From contig CAWFKQ010000006.1 in assembly GCA_963816395.1 (NCBI GenBank), positions 192,001 to 256,000 on the forward strand: a DNA stretch of 64,000 nucleotides, given 5' to 3'. Both the position numbers and the translations under genes were made by a program. This stretch comes from an uncultured delta proteobacterium. Its GTDB lineage: Bacteria; Desulfobacterota; Desulfuromonadia; Desulfuromonadales; JACZKF01. Positions 45,896-58,580 of this stretch are shown here, in pieces (the stretch's first letter is position 1; every line of letters begins with the position of its first letter). The notes beneath the pieces are model-generated. The model searched no databases and was not told the DNA's origin. It was given only the letters and a program-made list of their open reading frames with translations.

Positions 45896-46585
45896 CTAGT
45901 TACTCTGACCGATGCCCTTCAGTAGTTGTTCGGCAGGGAAGATATCAGATTTGCGGGCCTTCTCCCGGGCTTCTGCGAGCTCTTCCGCGAACAGGTCGCG
46001 AGGGATGTTGAGGAGTTGGCCGGGATAGATCTGCCGGGGGTCTTTGATCTGGTCGCGGTTGGCCTGATAGAGCAGCGGCCAGAGCAGCGGATCGTCATAG
46101 ATGTCCTTGCGCCCGGCAATGGTCCACAGGGTCTGATTCTCGCCTACGGTGAAGGCAGTCAGTGGCGGTTGAGGCGGCGGCTCCGGCGCCGGTTTCGGTT
46201 TGACCGGGGAGGGGCGGGAGGAGGGGGTTTGACCGGTTTTGCGACCGGTGTTTTTTCCTGCGGTTTCGGCAGCGGTTTTTCCGCCTGGGCACGTGCCTGT
46301 TCGGCCTGTACCTGGCGAGCCCGGGCCTGGGCGGCAAGGGCCAGGATCCTCTGCCCGGGGAAGGACAGCTTTGGCGCGGCCGTATTCTCCCTCGCGGACG
46401 AGTTTCTCCCCCTCCATCAGGGCTGCATTGGCGCCGGCGAATTCCTCCGGCGCCCATTCGGCGGCGCCGGCGTACTGCGCCTGGGCCACGGCCATGCGGG
46501 CGGCCTGCAGCTCCTTCCGCGGCGGCGCGGCGGCGCAACCGCCGAGCAGCACGAGCAGGAAGAAAATGAGAAGACATCGGATCAT
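45896..46585 (-). CDS. LysM-domain lipoprotein
   Basis: Lipobox LGGC; TLWTIA..IYDDPLLWPLLYQANRDQIKDPRQIYPGQ. Confidence 0.85.
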   Translation of the reverse strand: MIRCLLIFFLLVLLGGCAAAPPRKELQAARMAVAQAQYAGAAEWAPEEFAGANAALMEGEKLVREGEYGRAKAVLPRAEDPGPCRPGPGSPGTGRTGTCPGGKTAAETAGKNTGRKTGQTPSSRPSPVKPKPAPEPPPQPPLTAFTVGENQTLWTIAGRKDIYDDPLLWPLLYQANRDQIKDPRQIYPGQLLNIPRDLFAEELAEAREKARKSDIFPAEQLLKGIGQSN

Positions 46586-46656
46586 GAGGGATAAACCGTT
46601 GCCGGGGACGGAGCGGCCGGAAGGACCGGAACGCCCCGGCAAATCTCTTTCCCGTC

Positions 46657-48462
46657 TCAGCGGGGGCGGCTGCCGAGGCGAATCGCAAGTTCGCGCAGCT
46701 GCTTTTCATCCACTACACTCGGCGCTTCGGTCATCAGACAGGTTGCCTTCTGCGTTTTGGGGAACGCAATAACATCACGGATGGAATCGGAGCCGGTCAG
46801 AATCATCACCAGGCGGTCGAGGCCGAAGGCGATCCCGCCGTGCGGCGGTGCGCCGAATTCCAGGGCATCGAGGAGGAAGCCGAACTTGAGCCGCGCCTCC
46901 TCCAGGCCGATCCCCATCAGGTCGAACATTTTGCTCTGGATCGCCCGATCGTGAATACGAATGCTCCCGCCGCCGATCTCCGAGCCGTTCAGCACCATAT
47001 CGTAAGCCTTGGCCCGTACCCGGCCGGGATCAGTATCGAGCAGGGGAACGTCCTCATCCATCGGGGCGGTGAAGGGATGGTGCACCGCTACGTGCCGGCG
47101 CGTTTCCCCGTCCCACTCCAGGAGGGGGAAATCGGTAATCCAGACGAATTTATACTCATCCTTCCTGGTCAGGCCGAGCTTCTGCCCCAGATGGCCGCGC
47201 AGCCGGCCGAGCGATTCGTTGGCCACCCGGAAAGAGTCGGCGGCAAACAGCAGCAGGTCCCCCGGTTCCGCCTCCAGCTTGCGGTTCAGGGCGGTCAGCT
47301 CTTCGGCGGTAAAGTATTTGGCGATGGGGGACTGCCAGCTGCCATTCTCGGTCACCTTGACATAGGCCAGGCCCTTGGCGCCGTAAATCTTGACGAAATC
47401 GGTGAGGTCGTCGAGTTCCTTGCGCGAGAAGTGACCGCATCCCTTGGCATTGAGGGCTTTGACCAGGCCGCCGGCGGCGACCGCATCGGCGAACACCTTG
47501 AAGCCGCAGACCCGTACCAGCTCGGAGATGTCCCGGAGTTCCAGGCCGAAGCGCAGGTCCGGGTTGTCGACTCCGAAGCGGTCCATCGCCTCGGCATAAC
47601 TCATGCGCTGTACCGGCAGCGGCACCTCGACGCCGATCGCCTCCTGGAATACGGTCGCGATCATTTCCTCCATGACGCTCAGCACATCGTCGCGCTTGAC
47701 GAAGCTCATTTCACAGTCGATCTGGGTAAATTCCGGCTGACGGTCGGCCCGCAGGTCCTCGTCGCGGAAGCAGCGCACGATCTGAAAGTAGCGGTCGTAA
47801 CCGGCAACCATCAGCAGCTGCTTGAATAGCTGGGGGGACTGGGGCAGAGCATAGAAGTTGCCGGGATTGACCCGGCTGGGGACCAGATAGTCGCGGGCAC
47901 CTTCCGGGGTGCTCTTGGTCAATACCGGCGTTTCTACCTCGAGGAAGCCCTGGGCGGAAAGGAATTCGCGCACCGTGCGCGCGACCCGGTGGCGGAGCAT
48001 GAGATTCTGCTGGATGGCCGGCCGGCGAAGATCAAGGTAGCGGTATTTGAGCCGGACGTTTTCCGCAACATCCCCGAAGTCGTCGATCATGAAGGGCGGC
48101 GTTTTGGCGGTGTTGAGGATCTTCAGTTCCCGCACTTCAACTTCCACCTCCCCGGTTCTCATCCGGGGGTTGACCGTTCCTTCCGGGCGCGGCGAAACCG
48201 TGCCGCGGACGGCGAGTACGAACTCGCTGCGAACCCGGTCGGCCTTGGCATGCGCCTCGGGATCGCGGTCGGGGTCGAGGGCCAGCTGAACGATTCCTTC
48301 ACGGTCGCGCAGGTCGATGAAGATCAGGCCGCCGTGGTCCCGCCGCCGCTGCACCCAGCCCATGAGAGTCACTTCTCCGCCAATTTCGGCAGTGCTCACC
48401 TGACCGCAATAATGGCTTCTCTTCCAGTCACCCAGGATTTCGTTCAAGTTCTGGTCCTCCAA
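46657..48462 (-). CDS. aspS: Aspartate--tRNA ligase
   Basis: [46 protein letters not shown]. Confidence 0.97.
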   Translation of the reverse strand: MEDQNLNEILGDWKRSHYCGQVSTAEIGGEVTLMGWVQRRRDHGGLIFIDLRDREGIVQLALDPDRDPEAHAKADRVRSEFVLAVRGTVSPRPEGTVNPRMRTGEVEVEVRELKILNTAKTPPFMIDDFGDVAENVRLKYRYLDLRRPAIQQNLMLRHRVARTVREFLSAQGFLEVETPVLTKSTPEGARDYLVPSRVNPGNFYALPQSPQLFKQLLMVAGYDRYFQIVRCFRDEDLRADRQPEFTQIDCEMSFVKRDDVLSVMEEMIATVFQEAIGVEVPLPVQRMSYAEAMDRFGVDNPDLRFGLELRDISELVRVCGFKVFADAVAAGGLVKALNAKGCGHFSRKELDDLTDFVKIYGAKGLAYVKVTENGSWQSPIAKYFTAEELTALNRKLEAEPGDLLLFAADSFRVANESLGRLRGHLGQKLGLTRKDEYKFVWITDFPLLEWDGETRRHVAVHHPFTAPMDEDVPLLDTDPGRVRAKAYDMVLNGSEIGGGSIRIHDRAIQSKMFDLMGIGLEEARLKFGFLLDALEFGAPPHGGIAFGLDRLVMILTGSDSIRDVIAFPKTQKATCLMTEAPSVVDEKQLRELAIRLGSRPR

Positions 48463-48534
48463 TCGGATAAGTCGTCACCGCGGACGACGGGCAGTTTCAA
48501 AACAGCGGAATTATAGGATTGGGCCGGGTCGGCG

Positions 48535-49804
48535 TCAAGACATTCCGCCATCGCCTGCTCTTTCGGCGAGGATCTCTTCCAGACCGGCCAACGGCAGTTC
48601 CTCCTGGGTCCCGGCGTCCATATCCCGCAATTGGGCAACCTGCCGCGACAGCTCCTGCTCCCCGAGAATCAGCACATAACGGGCCTGCAGCTTGCCGGCC
48701 CGGCGCATCTGCGCCTTGAGGCTTTTGCCCTCGAAGTCGGTGTCGGCGGTGATGCCGCGGCGCTGCAGGGCGCTCATCAGCAGGAAGGCCCGGCGGGCCG
48801 CTTCCTCGCCGACGGCGGCGAGGAAATAGGCGGGGCGCGGCGGCTGCAGGCGCTCCTCTCCCTTCAGCAGCACCAGGCGCTCCAGCCCCATGGCGAAACC
48901 GATCCCCGGCAGGGGTGGGCCGCCCAGTTCCCGGATCAAGCCGTCATAGCGGCCGCCGGCGGCCACCGCATTCTGTGCCCCCAGGCTGTTGGTGACCATC
49001 TCGAAGGTGGTCTTGGTATAGTAATCAAGGCCGCGCACCATGCGCGGGTTGACGGTGAAGGGGATCGCCAGGTCTCCCAGTGCCTCCTGGACGCTGGCGA
49101 AATGTTCGGCGCAGGCGGCATCCAGAGTGGTCGAGGATGGAGGGGGCGGCCTCCGTCGCCTGGCGGCAGCCCGGCACCTTGCAGTCGAGTACCCGCAACG
49201 GATTGGTCCGCCAGCGGCGCCGGCAGTCTTCGCACAATGCATCCAGGCGCGGTTCGAGAAAGGCCAGGAGTGCCTCCCGGTATCCGGGGCGGCAGGCGGG
49301 GCAACCGAGGGAGTTGACTTGCAGCTCCACATCGGTGATGCCGACCGCCTGGAAATAATGGCTCAGCATGGCCAGCAGCTGGGCATCGATGCGGGGATCC
49401 TCCACCCCGATCGCCTCGGCGCCGATCTGGTGGAACTGGCGGTAGCGTCCCTTCTGCGGGCGCTCGTAGCGGAACATCGGGCCGAGATAGTAAAGCTTGG
49501 CCACCGGGTCCTGCGCATGCAGTTTATGCTCGATGAAAGAGCGCATCACCGAGGCAGTGCCTTCCGGACGCAGGGTGATGGAGTTGCCGCTTTTGTCGGC
49601 AAAAGTGTACATCTCCTTTTCGACGATATCGGTGGCCTCGCCGATGGACCGGCAGAAAAGCTCCGTCTTCTCCACGACCGGCACCCGAATCTCGGCGAAG
49701 CCATACACCGCGAAGATCCGCCGCGCCTGTTCTTCCAGATACTGCCAGGTTTCCACCTCCCCCGGCAGAATGTCATTCATTCCTTTAATTCCTGTGATAC
49801 TCAC
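48535..49804 (-). CDS. hisS: Histidine--tRNA ligase (frameshift near 49130)
   Basis: LRPEGTA, FRYERPQKGRYRQF, RGLDYY, GGRYD. Confidence 0.95.
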
Positions 49805-49940
49805 CGATTTCTTCCCTCGCGGTTATAGAGATGTTTAAATTTGGCGGTCGATTTTCGACGCAAGTCCCAGGGCCGGTAAAAGGGTGCGCCTGCATTGAAC
49901 GAATTGCGGCCACGGCATCTGTCGGTCATTTTGACTCCCT

Positions 49941-52402
49941 TCAGCTCTGCTGAAGTTTGCGCCGGGCCATTTCGATATTCATCCGGGCCCGCTCCTGTTC
50001 CGGCGGCGGAGAAAGAACCTTCTCCCAGGCTGCTATGGCCTCCTCGTAGCGGCCGCTGGTATAGAGTTCCATTCCCTGCAGATACAGCAGATGTTGATTC
50101 TCCGGGCCGGTGTGGCGGATTTTATCCAGGCGCCGCTGCTCCGCCCGGGCTTCCGACTGCCAGGGATCGATTGCCAGCACCTGGCGGAACTGATCGGCCG
50201 CCCCATTCAGGTCTTCCTCCACCAAGGCAGCCCGGCCGGCGGCGATCCAGTCGGGAGAGGTCGTCCCGAAGCTTGGCGCGGCTCTCCGCCAGCCCCAACC
50301 GCGCTTGCTGATTTCCGGGATCGATTTCCAGCACTCGTCGGCAAACGGCCATTGCCGTGGAAAATTCTTGCACTTGCAGCAGACTGGTGACCTCCTTCAC
50401 CTGCTCTTCGGCGCTGGCGGCTGCCTCCCGGTTGAGCGCGGCGGTTTCCTCCATGGCCTCCTTCTGCTCCGGAAAGGAGGCCAGTACCTGCGCGTAGAGG
50501 GTGCGGGCGGCATTAAAATCGCCTGCGGCACGGCGCTTCCTTGCCGCCCGCAGCAGGGTGGCAAGGAGATCGGCAAGGTCCTGCTCGACTTCGGACAGTT
50601 CCCGGCGGACGGTGGGGTCATCGCGGAAGCGCAGGGCTTTGCCATAGTGATCCCGTGCCTCTGCCATCTGGCCGGCGCTGTAGCTGCGGCGAGCCGCCTG
50701 CACCTCTTCGGCCATCAGGGAGGCGACCAGGGCTTCGGTCCGGTTCAGACCGTCGCGCCCCTCCGGGCTGTCCGGCTGCAGGCGCAGAGCCTCGGAGAAG
50801 GCGGCACGCGCGATTTCCAACTGTCCCTCTTCCAGCGCCTGGTGGCCCCGACGCAGGGAAGCGGCTGTGAGCTCCTCGTGTTGCCCGGTGATCGTCTCCA
50901 GACCTGCCTGCGCCCGGCCATTCTCGGGATCCAGGGTCAGAACCTGCTGGTAGGCGCGGCGGGCTTCCGGCAGGTTTCCCTGGGCCAGAAGACTATCGGC
51001 CGCCGCCAGTTGCGCGGCCAGTTCATCACCAAGGGCCGCCAGCGCCCGGGCCGCCAGGGCCTGGCCCTCCGGATCGCCGGGAACCAGGGCCAGCCCCTGC
51101 CGGGCGGCCTGAAGGGCCGGCCGCGGCTGCTGCTCAGCCAGTGCCAGACGAGCGGTGGAGAAATGATCGGCGGCCAGTCGTTCCAGTTCGCTCCGGACCT
51201 GCTGCAGGGGGGCGGCAGCCCGCGGGTCGGCCGGGTCGATGACCAGGGCCTGGTTGAAAACGGTCAGGGCCTCACTGAGCTTCCCTGTCTGCCGCAGGGC
51301 CGAACCGCGCGCCAGCAGTTCATCGATCGCGCCGCGATCGGCGGCGCGGCTGTTCTGCAGGGATGACCGGTCCTGCGGATCGATCGCCAGCGCCCGGTGG
51401 TAACAGAAACGCGCCTTTGCGAATTCATGCAGGGCGAGATAGATGTCGCCGGCCAGTCCGAAATCCCCGGCACTGGCGGCCGGTCTGCCGATCAGCGGTT
51501 CGACGGCAGCCAGGGCCGACTGCAGCTTATCCTGCTCCAGGAGAGCAAGGGCGCAATCGTGAAGAAGGGAAAAGAGAGCGGACGGTATCTCCGCATCGGC
51601 GCCCGGCAGGGCGCTGCGCAGCCGCTCCGCGGCCGTTTCGAAATTCCCCTCGGCATAGTCGAGACGTCCCAGATGATAAAGAACGAGAGGGCTGCCGGGA
51701 GAGACAGCCAGCGCCCGGTCGAAGGCGGCCCGGGCTTCGGCCGGGCGCTGCTCTTCCAACAACTGCAGGGCCTGCTCGTAATGCAGGGTGCAGACGTATT
51801 CCCGTGTGATCTCGTCGTCGGGATAGACCTGCAGATAACGGGAGAACTCGTCCAGTGCCCGGTCGGTTTCCCCGGTGTGAACGTCCATTTCTCCGAGCAC
51901 CCTGTAGAGGTCGGCCCGCCCTGGGGCCAGCGCCAGCACCCGGGAGAAGAGGCGGCGGGCGTCGGGCAGATCGCCACGCTCCTGAAAATTCACCCCCAGT
52001 TGGAAGTAGGCATCGGCCAAGGGGTAGATTGCCGGTTGCTCCAGGGCCCCCAGAGCTTCCGCCTGCTCGAAATAGAGCAGGGCGCTGTCAGCATCGTCGG
52101 TTGCCGCCAGCGCCAGGCCGAGATTGAAGTTCAGCTCCAGCGATTCCGCCAGGTCCGGGTAGACCCGGCGGAATTCCGTCACCGCCTCGGCAGGGCGGCC
52201 GCACCTCAGGAGAGCGCCGCCGAGCTGATAACGCAATCGCTGGTTGTCGGGATCCAGGGTGAGAGCCTGGCGGTAGTTTTCGATCCGGAAAATCTGCTGT
52301 TGCGGCGCCTCTTCCGCCGGACCATCTGCAGCTCCTGCCGGGAGGGGGGCCGCCAGGGCCGCCAAGGTGCCGATCGGCGGCGAGCAGGAGCCGGAGGGTC
52401 AT
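49941..52402 (-). CDS. Large TPR-repeat protein with signal peptide (frameshifted)
   Basis: Repeated ...AL.LDP.N.. TPR units; ATG overlaps the GGDEF stop. Confidence 0.8.
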
Positions 52403-53773
52403 TTGGTGTCGATCTCCCATGCGCCCCGTGAGACGTTGCGTACTTTTTTGCCGCAGTACATGGCACGATCGGCCAGATCGATGATGTCCTTCTGCGTACC
52501 GGCGTGTTCCGGGAAACAGGCGAAACCTACCGTGGCGGTCAAGTGTATCTGCTCGCCCGAATCGGCCAGAAATGGATGGGCTTCAATCGTGCGGCGGATC
52601 CTCTCGGCGACGATTCCTCCTCCCTGCTTGTCCGTTTCCACCAGCAGGGCGGTGAATTCGTCCCCTCCGTAACGGAACAGGAGATCGACATCGCGGACGC
52701 TCTTGCGCAACAGGCCGGCCACTTCCTTCAGCGCGGCGCTACCGGCCAGGTGGCCGCGGGTGTCGTTGACATTCTTGAAATAATCCAGGTCGATGAAAAC
52801 CAGGGTGAAGGAAGACACCATAGCGTTCGGTTCGGCGGATCTCCCGCCCCAGGACCATCTGCAGGTACCGGTAATTGTGGAGTCCGGTCAGGTCGTCGAT
52901 ATAGATCAGCTCCCTGGCGCCCTGATACAGGCAGGCATTTTCGAACCCGAGAGCTGCCTGCTCGGCGAGGAAGACCAGGTTGTCGAGGGGAGGCGGCTGG
53001 GGGAGGTCGGCACCGGGCGGATTGAGGATGACCAGACCCCCTTTCGCCTGTTTCTGGCTGCGCAAGGGGAAAAGGCAGACGGTGCGCAGATCCGGCGGCC
53101 CCTGGCTGCCAACCGGCAGTTCTGCCGCGCGCCACAGACCGCTGGTCGCCAGCCCCTTGAGGGAAGGGCGCAGTGCCTGCGTCAGGTGCATCGCTTCAGA
53201 CTCGGTAATCCCTTCCATCCCCAGCAGGCGCGCTACCTTGCCTTGCGAGAGGAGGAAAGCGAAGCCGCGGCCGCCGTCGATCTCTTGCAGCAAAGTGGTG
53301 ACCGCCTGCGGCAAGAGACGATCGGTTTCCAGCAGGGAGGCGAGATTCTGACCGCGCTGAAAGAGCCGGATCTGGCTCTTGAGCAGGATATTCTCATCGA
53401 GTAGGCGGCGCTGCTCCAGGCAGATACGGACGAGATGGCGCAGCTCCTCCGGTTTGAATGGCTTGACCAGGTAATCCCGGGCCCCGTTTTTGAGGGCCTG
53501 GATGGCGGTTTCCAGAGTGGCATAGCCGGTGGCCAGGATTACCTCCGGCGGGTTGTCGGTGAGGCGTGCCTGGCGCAGGACTTCCAGCCCCCCCATTCCC
53601 GGCATGACCATGTCGGTAAGCAGGACGTCTATGCCCCCCCGGTGCAGCCGTTCGATCGCTTCTTCGCCTGAGGCGACCGTTTCGACCTGATAGCCGTCTT
53701 CGCTTAGCAGATCGGCATAAAGTTGCCGAAAGAAAAGTTCATCGTCCACAACCAGAACGGCGGAAGGTTTCAT
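52399..53773 (-). CDS. REC-GGDEF dinucleotide cyclase, Hypr/GacA-like (frameshift near 52820)
   Basis: REC (VVDD, TDMVMP); DDLTGLHNYRY; NDTRGHLAGS; RDVD I-site; YGGDEF. Confidence 0.85.
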
Positions 53774-53826
53774 TCTTCACTGCTCCAATGAATAATTCCT
53801 GAACCTAACAAAATCCACTACTTCTG

Positions 53827-56182
53827 TCAACGGAAAAGCCCTCTTTCCCAGTGTTTGAACTGCCATCCATCTCCCCGGCTGCGGAACTGCAGAGTGCCGT
53901 CCCGATCGGTCCGGTACAGGGGCAGCTGGCGGGCGGCGGCCGCCGCGACCACCTCGTCATGCGGGAAGTGGTAGGTATTGTCAAATCCCACGGAGGCGAA
54001 AACCGCCTGCGGGTGAAATCGATCGAATAGCAATTGCTGGCTGGGAACCGCGGCTGCCGTGGTGCGGCAGCTTGAGCAGGGTCACCGGCCCCTTGGGGTG
54101 GCGGTCAGCAGCCTGGCGACGCCGGCCTGCTCCAGGTCGCCGGTCAGCAGGACGGCGTCGTGGCCGCAGGCGGCCCGGACGACCAGCGAGGAATCATTGA
54201 GATCGTCAGGCCGCTGGGGCGGGACGAACAGGGAAAGGCCCTGTCGGGCGGGCTCTTGCAGCACCGTCCAGCCCGGGGGGAAGACCCGAATCGGAATCTG
54301 CCGCCGCTGCAGTACTTCCAGCAGATCGGGGTTGAGTTCTTCCGGGGCGACCGCCGTCCAGAAGGCGCCCACCGGCAGGTGCGCCAGCACGTGCAACAGC
54401 CCCAGGCGGTGGTCCGGATGGTCATGGCTGAGAATTACCGCTTCCAGCCGGCGCACCCCCAGCCGTCCCAGAGCCGGCGCGACCAGCCGCTCGCCGACAT
54501 CGAAACTGCTGTGGGGCAGGCCGCCTCCGTCTACGAGGTAGTTGCCGCCGGTTGGAGTGGAAAGGAGAATGGACTCCCCCTGGCCGACGCTCAGCGCCGT
54601 CACGGTCAGCCCTTGCGGCTGCGCTGCAGGCAAAAAAAGCAGGAGGGCGCCGGCCGCGACCAGCCCTCCGCCGGGGCCGCGGCCCCGGCGGGGGCCGGCA
54701 ACCAGCAGCAGACCGGCCGCCAGCAGGAAGACTGCCGCCGGTCTGGGCCGGGGTGGGATAGATCTTCCAGCCGGCCAGCAGGGGAAAGGTTGTCAGCCAT
54801 CCGGCCCAGGCGAGAATCGCCTGAATGATCCGGGCGCACCCCTGGAAGAAGAGGACGGCGCCGCCCGGCCACCAGGGGGCGGCGAGTGCCCCGGCCAGCC
54901 CGAGGGGGACGGCCAGAAAGCCGACCGCCGGCACCGCCAGAAGGTTGCTGACCAAACCCGCCGGGGCGAGCAGATGGAAATGCAGCAGCGCCAGCGGAGC
55001 CGTCGCCAGGGTGGCGGCCAGGGTGGTCAGGGCCAATGCCGCCGGCCACCGGCAGAGGCGGGGGAGAACCGAGAGGCGATCGGTCCAGTGCGGCACCAGG
55101 ACGAGAATCCCCAGAACCCCGGCGAAGCTGAGCTGAAAGGAAGGCTCGAAAAGGGCCAGCGGCGAAGCGAAGAGAATCAGCAGGGCAGCGGCGGCCAGCA
55201 GTTTGAGCGGCGGTGTGCGGCGGGAGAAAAGCAGGAGCAGGGCGCCAACCACAGCCATCAGAAAAGCACGGCGGGTCGGCAGAGCATTGCCGGTAAATTG
55301 CAGGTAGAGCCAGAGCGCCGGAAGCAGCAACAGGGGGAGAAGGCGTCTTGGTGGCGCCCACAGCAGCAGTGCTTCCCACCGGCAGTAGAGAAAACGCGCC
55401 AGGAGGTAGAGAAAAAGAGCGATGAGCCCCAGATGCAGTCCAGAGATGGAAAACAGGTGGGAGAGGCCGCCGCGGGCCAGCAGGTCGCGCTGCGCCGGGG
55501 TGATCCCCCCCTTGTCGCCCGTCACCAGGGCCCGCACCAGGGGGGCGAGATCCGGCCCGACGGCGGCATCAATGGCCAGACCGGTGGCGCTCTGCCAGCG
55601 GGCGGGGCGGAACACCGATGCCGGCGAGGGTAATACGGCCAGGTCGCGGGCTTCGGCGAGAAAAGAGGTGACGAAAATCCCCTGGGCCGCCAGGTGGCGG
55701 GGATAGTTGAACTCACCGGGAGTGGCGAAGGCGCGGGGCCGGCGCAACCGGCCCCGGAAGCGGAGCTGGTCGCCGGGGATCACCGGCGGATCGCCGTGTT
55801 CCAGGTGCAGGCGCAGCCGGCCCTCAACCGGCGCCGCAATGCCGCCGGAACCGACCTGCCGGACGTTAAGATCGATCTGTGAACGGCCGTCGGGCAGGTG
55901 GGAGACGCTCAGGGCGGTTCCCTTGACGATCAGCGGGCGGTCGGAAAGAAAAGAACGCAGGTCTTCCGGGCCGGCTGGCGGCTGCATCTGCTGGAAATAA
56001 AAAGCGACCCCCAGGAACCAGAAACAGGCCGCCAGGCACCATGCTCCCCGGCGTCCGGCGCGCAGCGGCAGCCAGAGCAGGGCGCTGAAGGCGGCGGCGA
56101 CGGTAAAGAGGGGAGAGGGAAGCAGGTAGGGGGCGCATCCCAGGCCAACGGCATAGGCCAGCAGGAGAAAGGGAAGGCCCAT
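53827..56182 (-). CDS. comEC: DNA internalization competence protein ComEC/Rec2 (frameshifted)
   Basis: HLFSISGLH, SFQLSF, VGQGES, SHDHPDH, TGDLE, YRTD. Confidence 0.92.
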
Positions 56183-56505
56183 CGCTTTAACGGCACCTGC
56201 CGCGCCCTGCGGCCGGCTCATTCCGAAGCATCTGGGAACGGAAAAAAGGGGGGGAGCACGATCGCAAACCGTCGACCTCCGGTGCAAGGCCGGATCAGCC
56301 TAACACAAAGGTTGCATTTTTGCCAAATGGTCTCATGGTCCCCAGGAGAAAATCCGGCGCGCAGAGCCGTCAGGATTAAAGCTTGATTTAAAGTATTAAT
56401 ATTTCTCGGATGACTTGAATTTTGCGGGATGTATAATGAATGCCTGTGTTTAACAAATGATAACATTTCCTGGCTTTTTTACGTGTAATTGAAAAAGAGG
56501 TTCGC

Positions 56506-58206
56506 ATGGGGAAGACCCACATCCTGGTCATTGACGACGAAGAGAGCCTCCGTTTCACTTTCGCCACCTTCCTCACTGCCGCAGGATACGTGGTAACCAC
56601 CGCTGTTAACTATCAGGAGGCGATGTCCCTTCTGGCGCACAGCGGATTCGATCTGGTTTTCGCCAGCATTCAGCTGGACGGCGGCACCGGGGTCGATCTG
56701 CTGCGTGAAGTGAAGCGCCTCGGGCTGCTCTGCCCGGTGATTCTGATCACCGGCGCCCCGGATGTGGAAAGCGCCGCCGAGGCGGTCCGGTTGGGAGCTT
56801 ACGATTACATCCCCAAGCCGATCACCCGCAGCACTCTCCTGCGGGTGAGCCGGATGGCATTGACGCTGCGGGCTCTGGAACAGGAGAAAGAGAAATACCG
56901 GCTGAACCTGGAGACCATCTTCAACAGCGTCAAGGACGGCATTGTCACCGTCGACCGGGACTTGCGGATCGGCGAGATCAACCCTGCCGCCTGCCGTCTG
57001 GTTGGTCTCACCCGGGCTGATGTAGGCAAATCGTTCGATGACGCGGAACTGGACTGCCACCGTTCCTGGGTGTCGGCCCTGCGGGAATGCATGGAGACGC
57101 GGTGCCCCGTTGAGATCCATCGCCTGCAGAATGTCTCCCGGGGTGCGGAAGGGCAAGTGATATCCCTGTCGATATCGCCCCTGACCGATTCGCGGCAGCG
57201 CCATGCCGGCGCCGTGACCATGATCCGCGACGAAACCCGGCTGGATTTGCTGGAGCGCGACCTGAACGCCCGCATTCAGTTCCAGCGTCTGACCGGCGGT
57301 ACACCCCGGATGCAGCATATCTACCAGGTGATCGAGGCCCTGGCAGACATCGAGACGACCGCCCTGGTGACCGGGGAAAGCGGCACCGGCAAGGAACTGG
57401 TCGCCGAGGCGATCCATTTTGCCGGCAACCGCAGCAAGAAACCGCTGGTGAAAGTCAACTGCAGCGCCTTGATGGAAAATCTGCTGGAGAGCGAGTTGTT
57501 CGGGCATGTCCGGGGCGCTTTTACCGGCGCCATCAAGGACAAGATCGGCCGCTTTCAGAAAGCCGATGGCGGCACTCTCTTCCTCGATGAGATCGGGGAC
57601 CTCTCCCCTGCCATGCAGGTCAAGCTGCTGCGGGTGCTCCAGGAGAAGGAGTTCGAGCGGGTGGGGGATTCGACACCGATCAAGGTCAATGTCCGCATCA
57701 TTGCCGCCACCAACCGGAACCTGACAGCCAAGGTCAGGGAGGGCACCTTCCGGCAGGATCTCTATTATCGCCTCAACGTGATGAATATCCATCTGCCGCC
57801 GCTGCGCGAACGCGCTGCCGATATCCCCCTGCTGACGGAATCTTTCATCGACAAGTTCTGCAGGCAGTTCGACAAGAACATCAAAGGGGTCGCTCCGGAG
57901 GTGATGGAGCGGTTTCTCGCCTATCCCTGGCCGGGCAACATCCGACAGCTGGAACATGCCATCGAACACGCCTTCATCCTCTGTCCCGGCGCCATCATCG
58001 GCCCCGAGCACCTTAGTCCTGAAATTCTCAGTTGGATCCTTCCTCCGTCGGTTCAGGCGGCGAAGGCCCCGGCCGGGGAAGAGATCCGTTCGGCCCTGGC
58101 CAGGGCCGGTGGCAACAAGGCCAAGGCGGCCCGTCTGCTCGGCATCAGCCGCAAGACCCTCTACCGGAAACTGGAACGGCTTCGTCTCGCCGGCGCCGAC
58201 GATTAG
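56506..58206 (+). CDS. Sigma54-dependent activator, REC-PAS-AAA+-Fis HTH
   Basis: GESGTGKE, GAFTGA, FLDEIG, WPGNIRQL, AARLLGISRKTLYRKL. Confidence 0.92.
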   Translation: MGKTHILVIDDEESLRFTFATFLTAAGYVVTTAVNYQEAMSLLAHSGFDLVFASIQLDGGTGVDLLREVKRLGLLCPVILITGAPDVESAAEAVRLGAYDYIPKPITRSTLLRVSRMALTLRALEQEKEKYRLNLETIFNSVKDGIVTVDRDLRIGEINPAACRLVGLTRADVGKSFDDAELDCHRSWVSALRECMETRCPVEIHRLQNVSRGAEGQVISLSISPLTDSRQRHAGAVTMIRDETRLDLLERDLNARIQFQRLTGGTPRMQHIYQVIEALADIETTALVTGESGTGKELVAEAIHFAGNRSKKPLVKVNCSALMENLLESELFGHVRGAFTGAIKDKIGRFQKADGGTLFLDEIGDLSPAMQVKLLRVLQEKEFERVGDSTPIKVNVRIIAATNRNLTAKVREGTFRQDLYYRLNVMNIHLPPLRERAADIPLLTESFIDKFCRQFDKNIKGVAPEVMERFLAYPWPGNIRQLEHAIEHAFILCPGAIIGPEHLSPEILSWILPPSVQAAKAPAGEEIRSALARAGGNKAKAARLLGISRKTLYRKLERLRLAGADD

Positions 58207-58580
58207 CGGGACGAAGAGACACCTTTGCCGGCTGGTTGAGGGACGGTAGCCCTCCTGTTATTTGCATCGGCAGCCTGCCCGGCGGTGACAGGTGACAGAA
58301 GTGTCCCGTCACAACTGTGGGTCGGTCACGGTTTGCCGATTGCCGTGCCTTAATGCAATCCCCTCCCACCTCTTTAAATTCCTGCGGGTTACCCCTTTAT
58401 CCCTCTCGGACCACCATCTAAAAGAATTTTTCCTTCATCCTATTTCCTTGCGGAATAGGAGACTTTCCCCTGTTACCAGACTTCCCTTGCCCCGAAGAAA
58501 AATTTGTAAATTACTAATTAGCAGATCTTCGGCATAAATCTCGGATTAAACCGCCCTGCGCATTGATCCGAGGACCGGTT

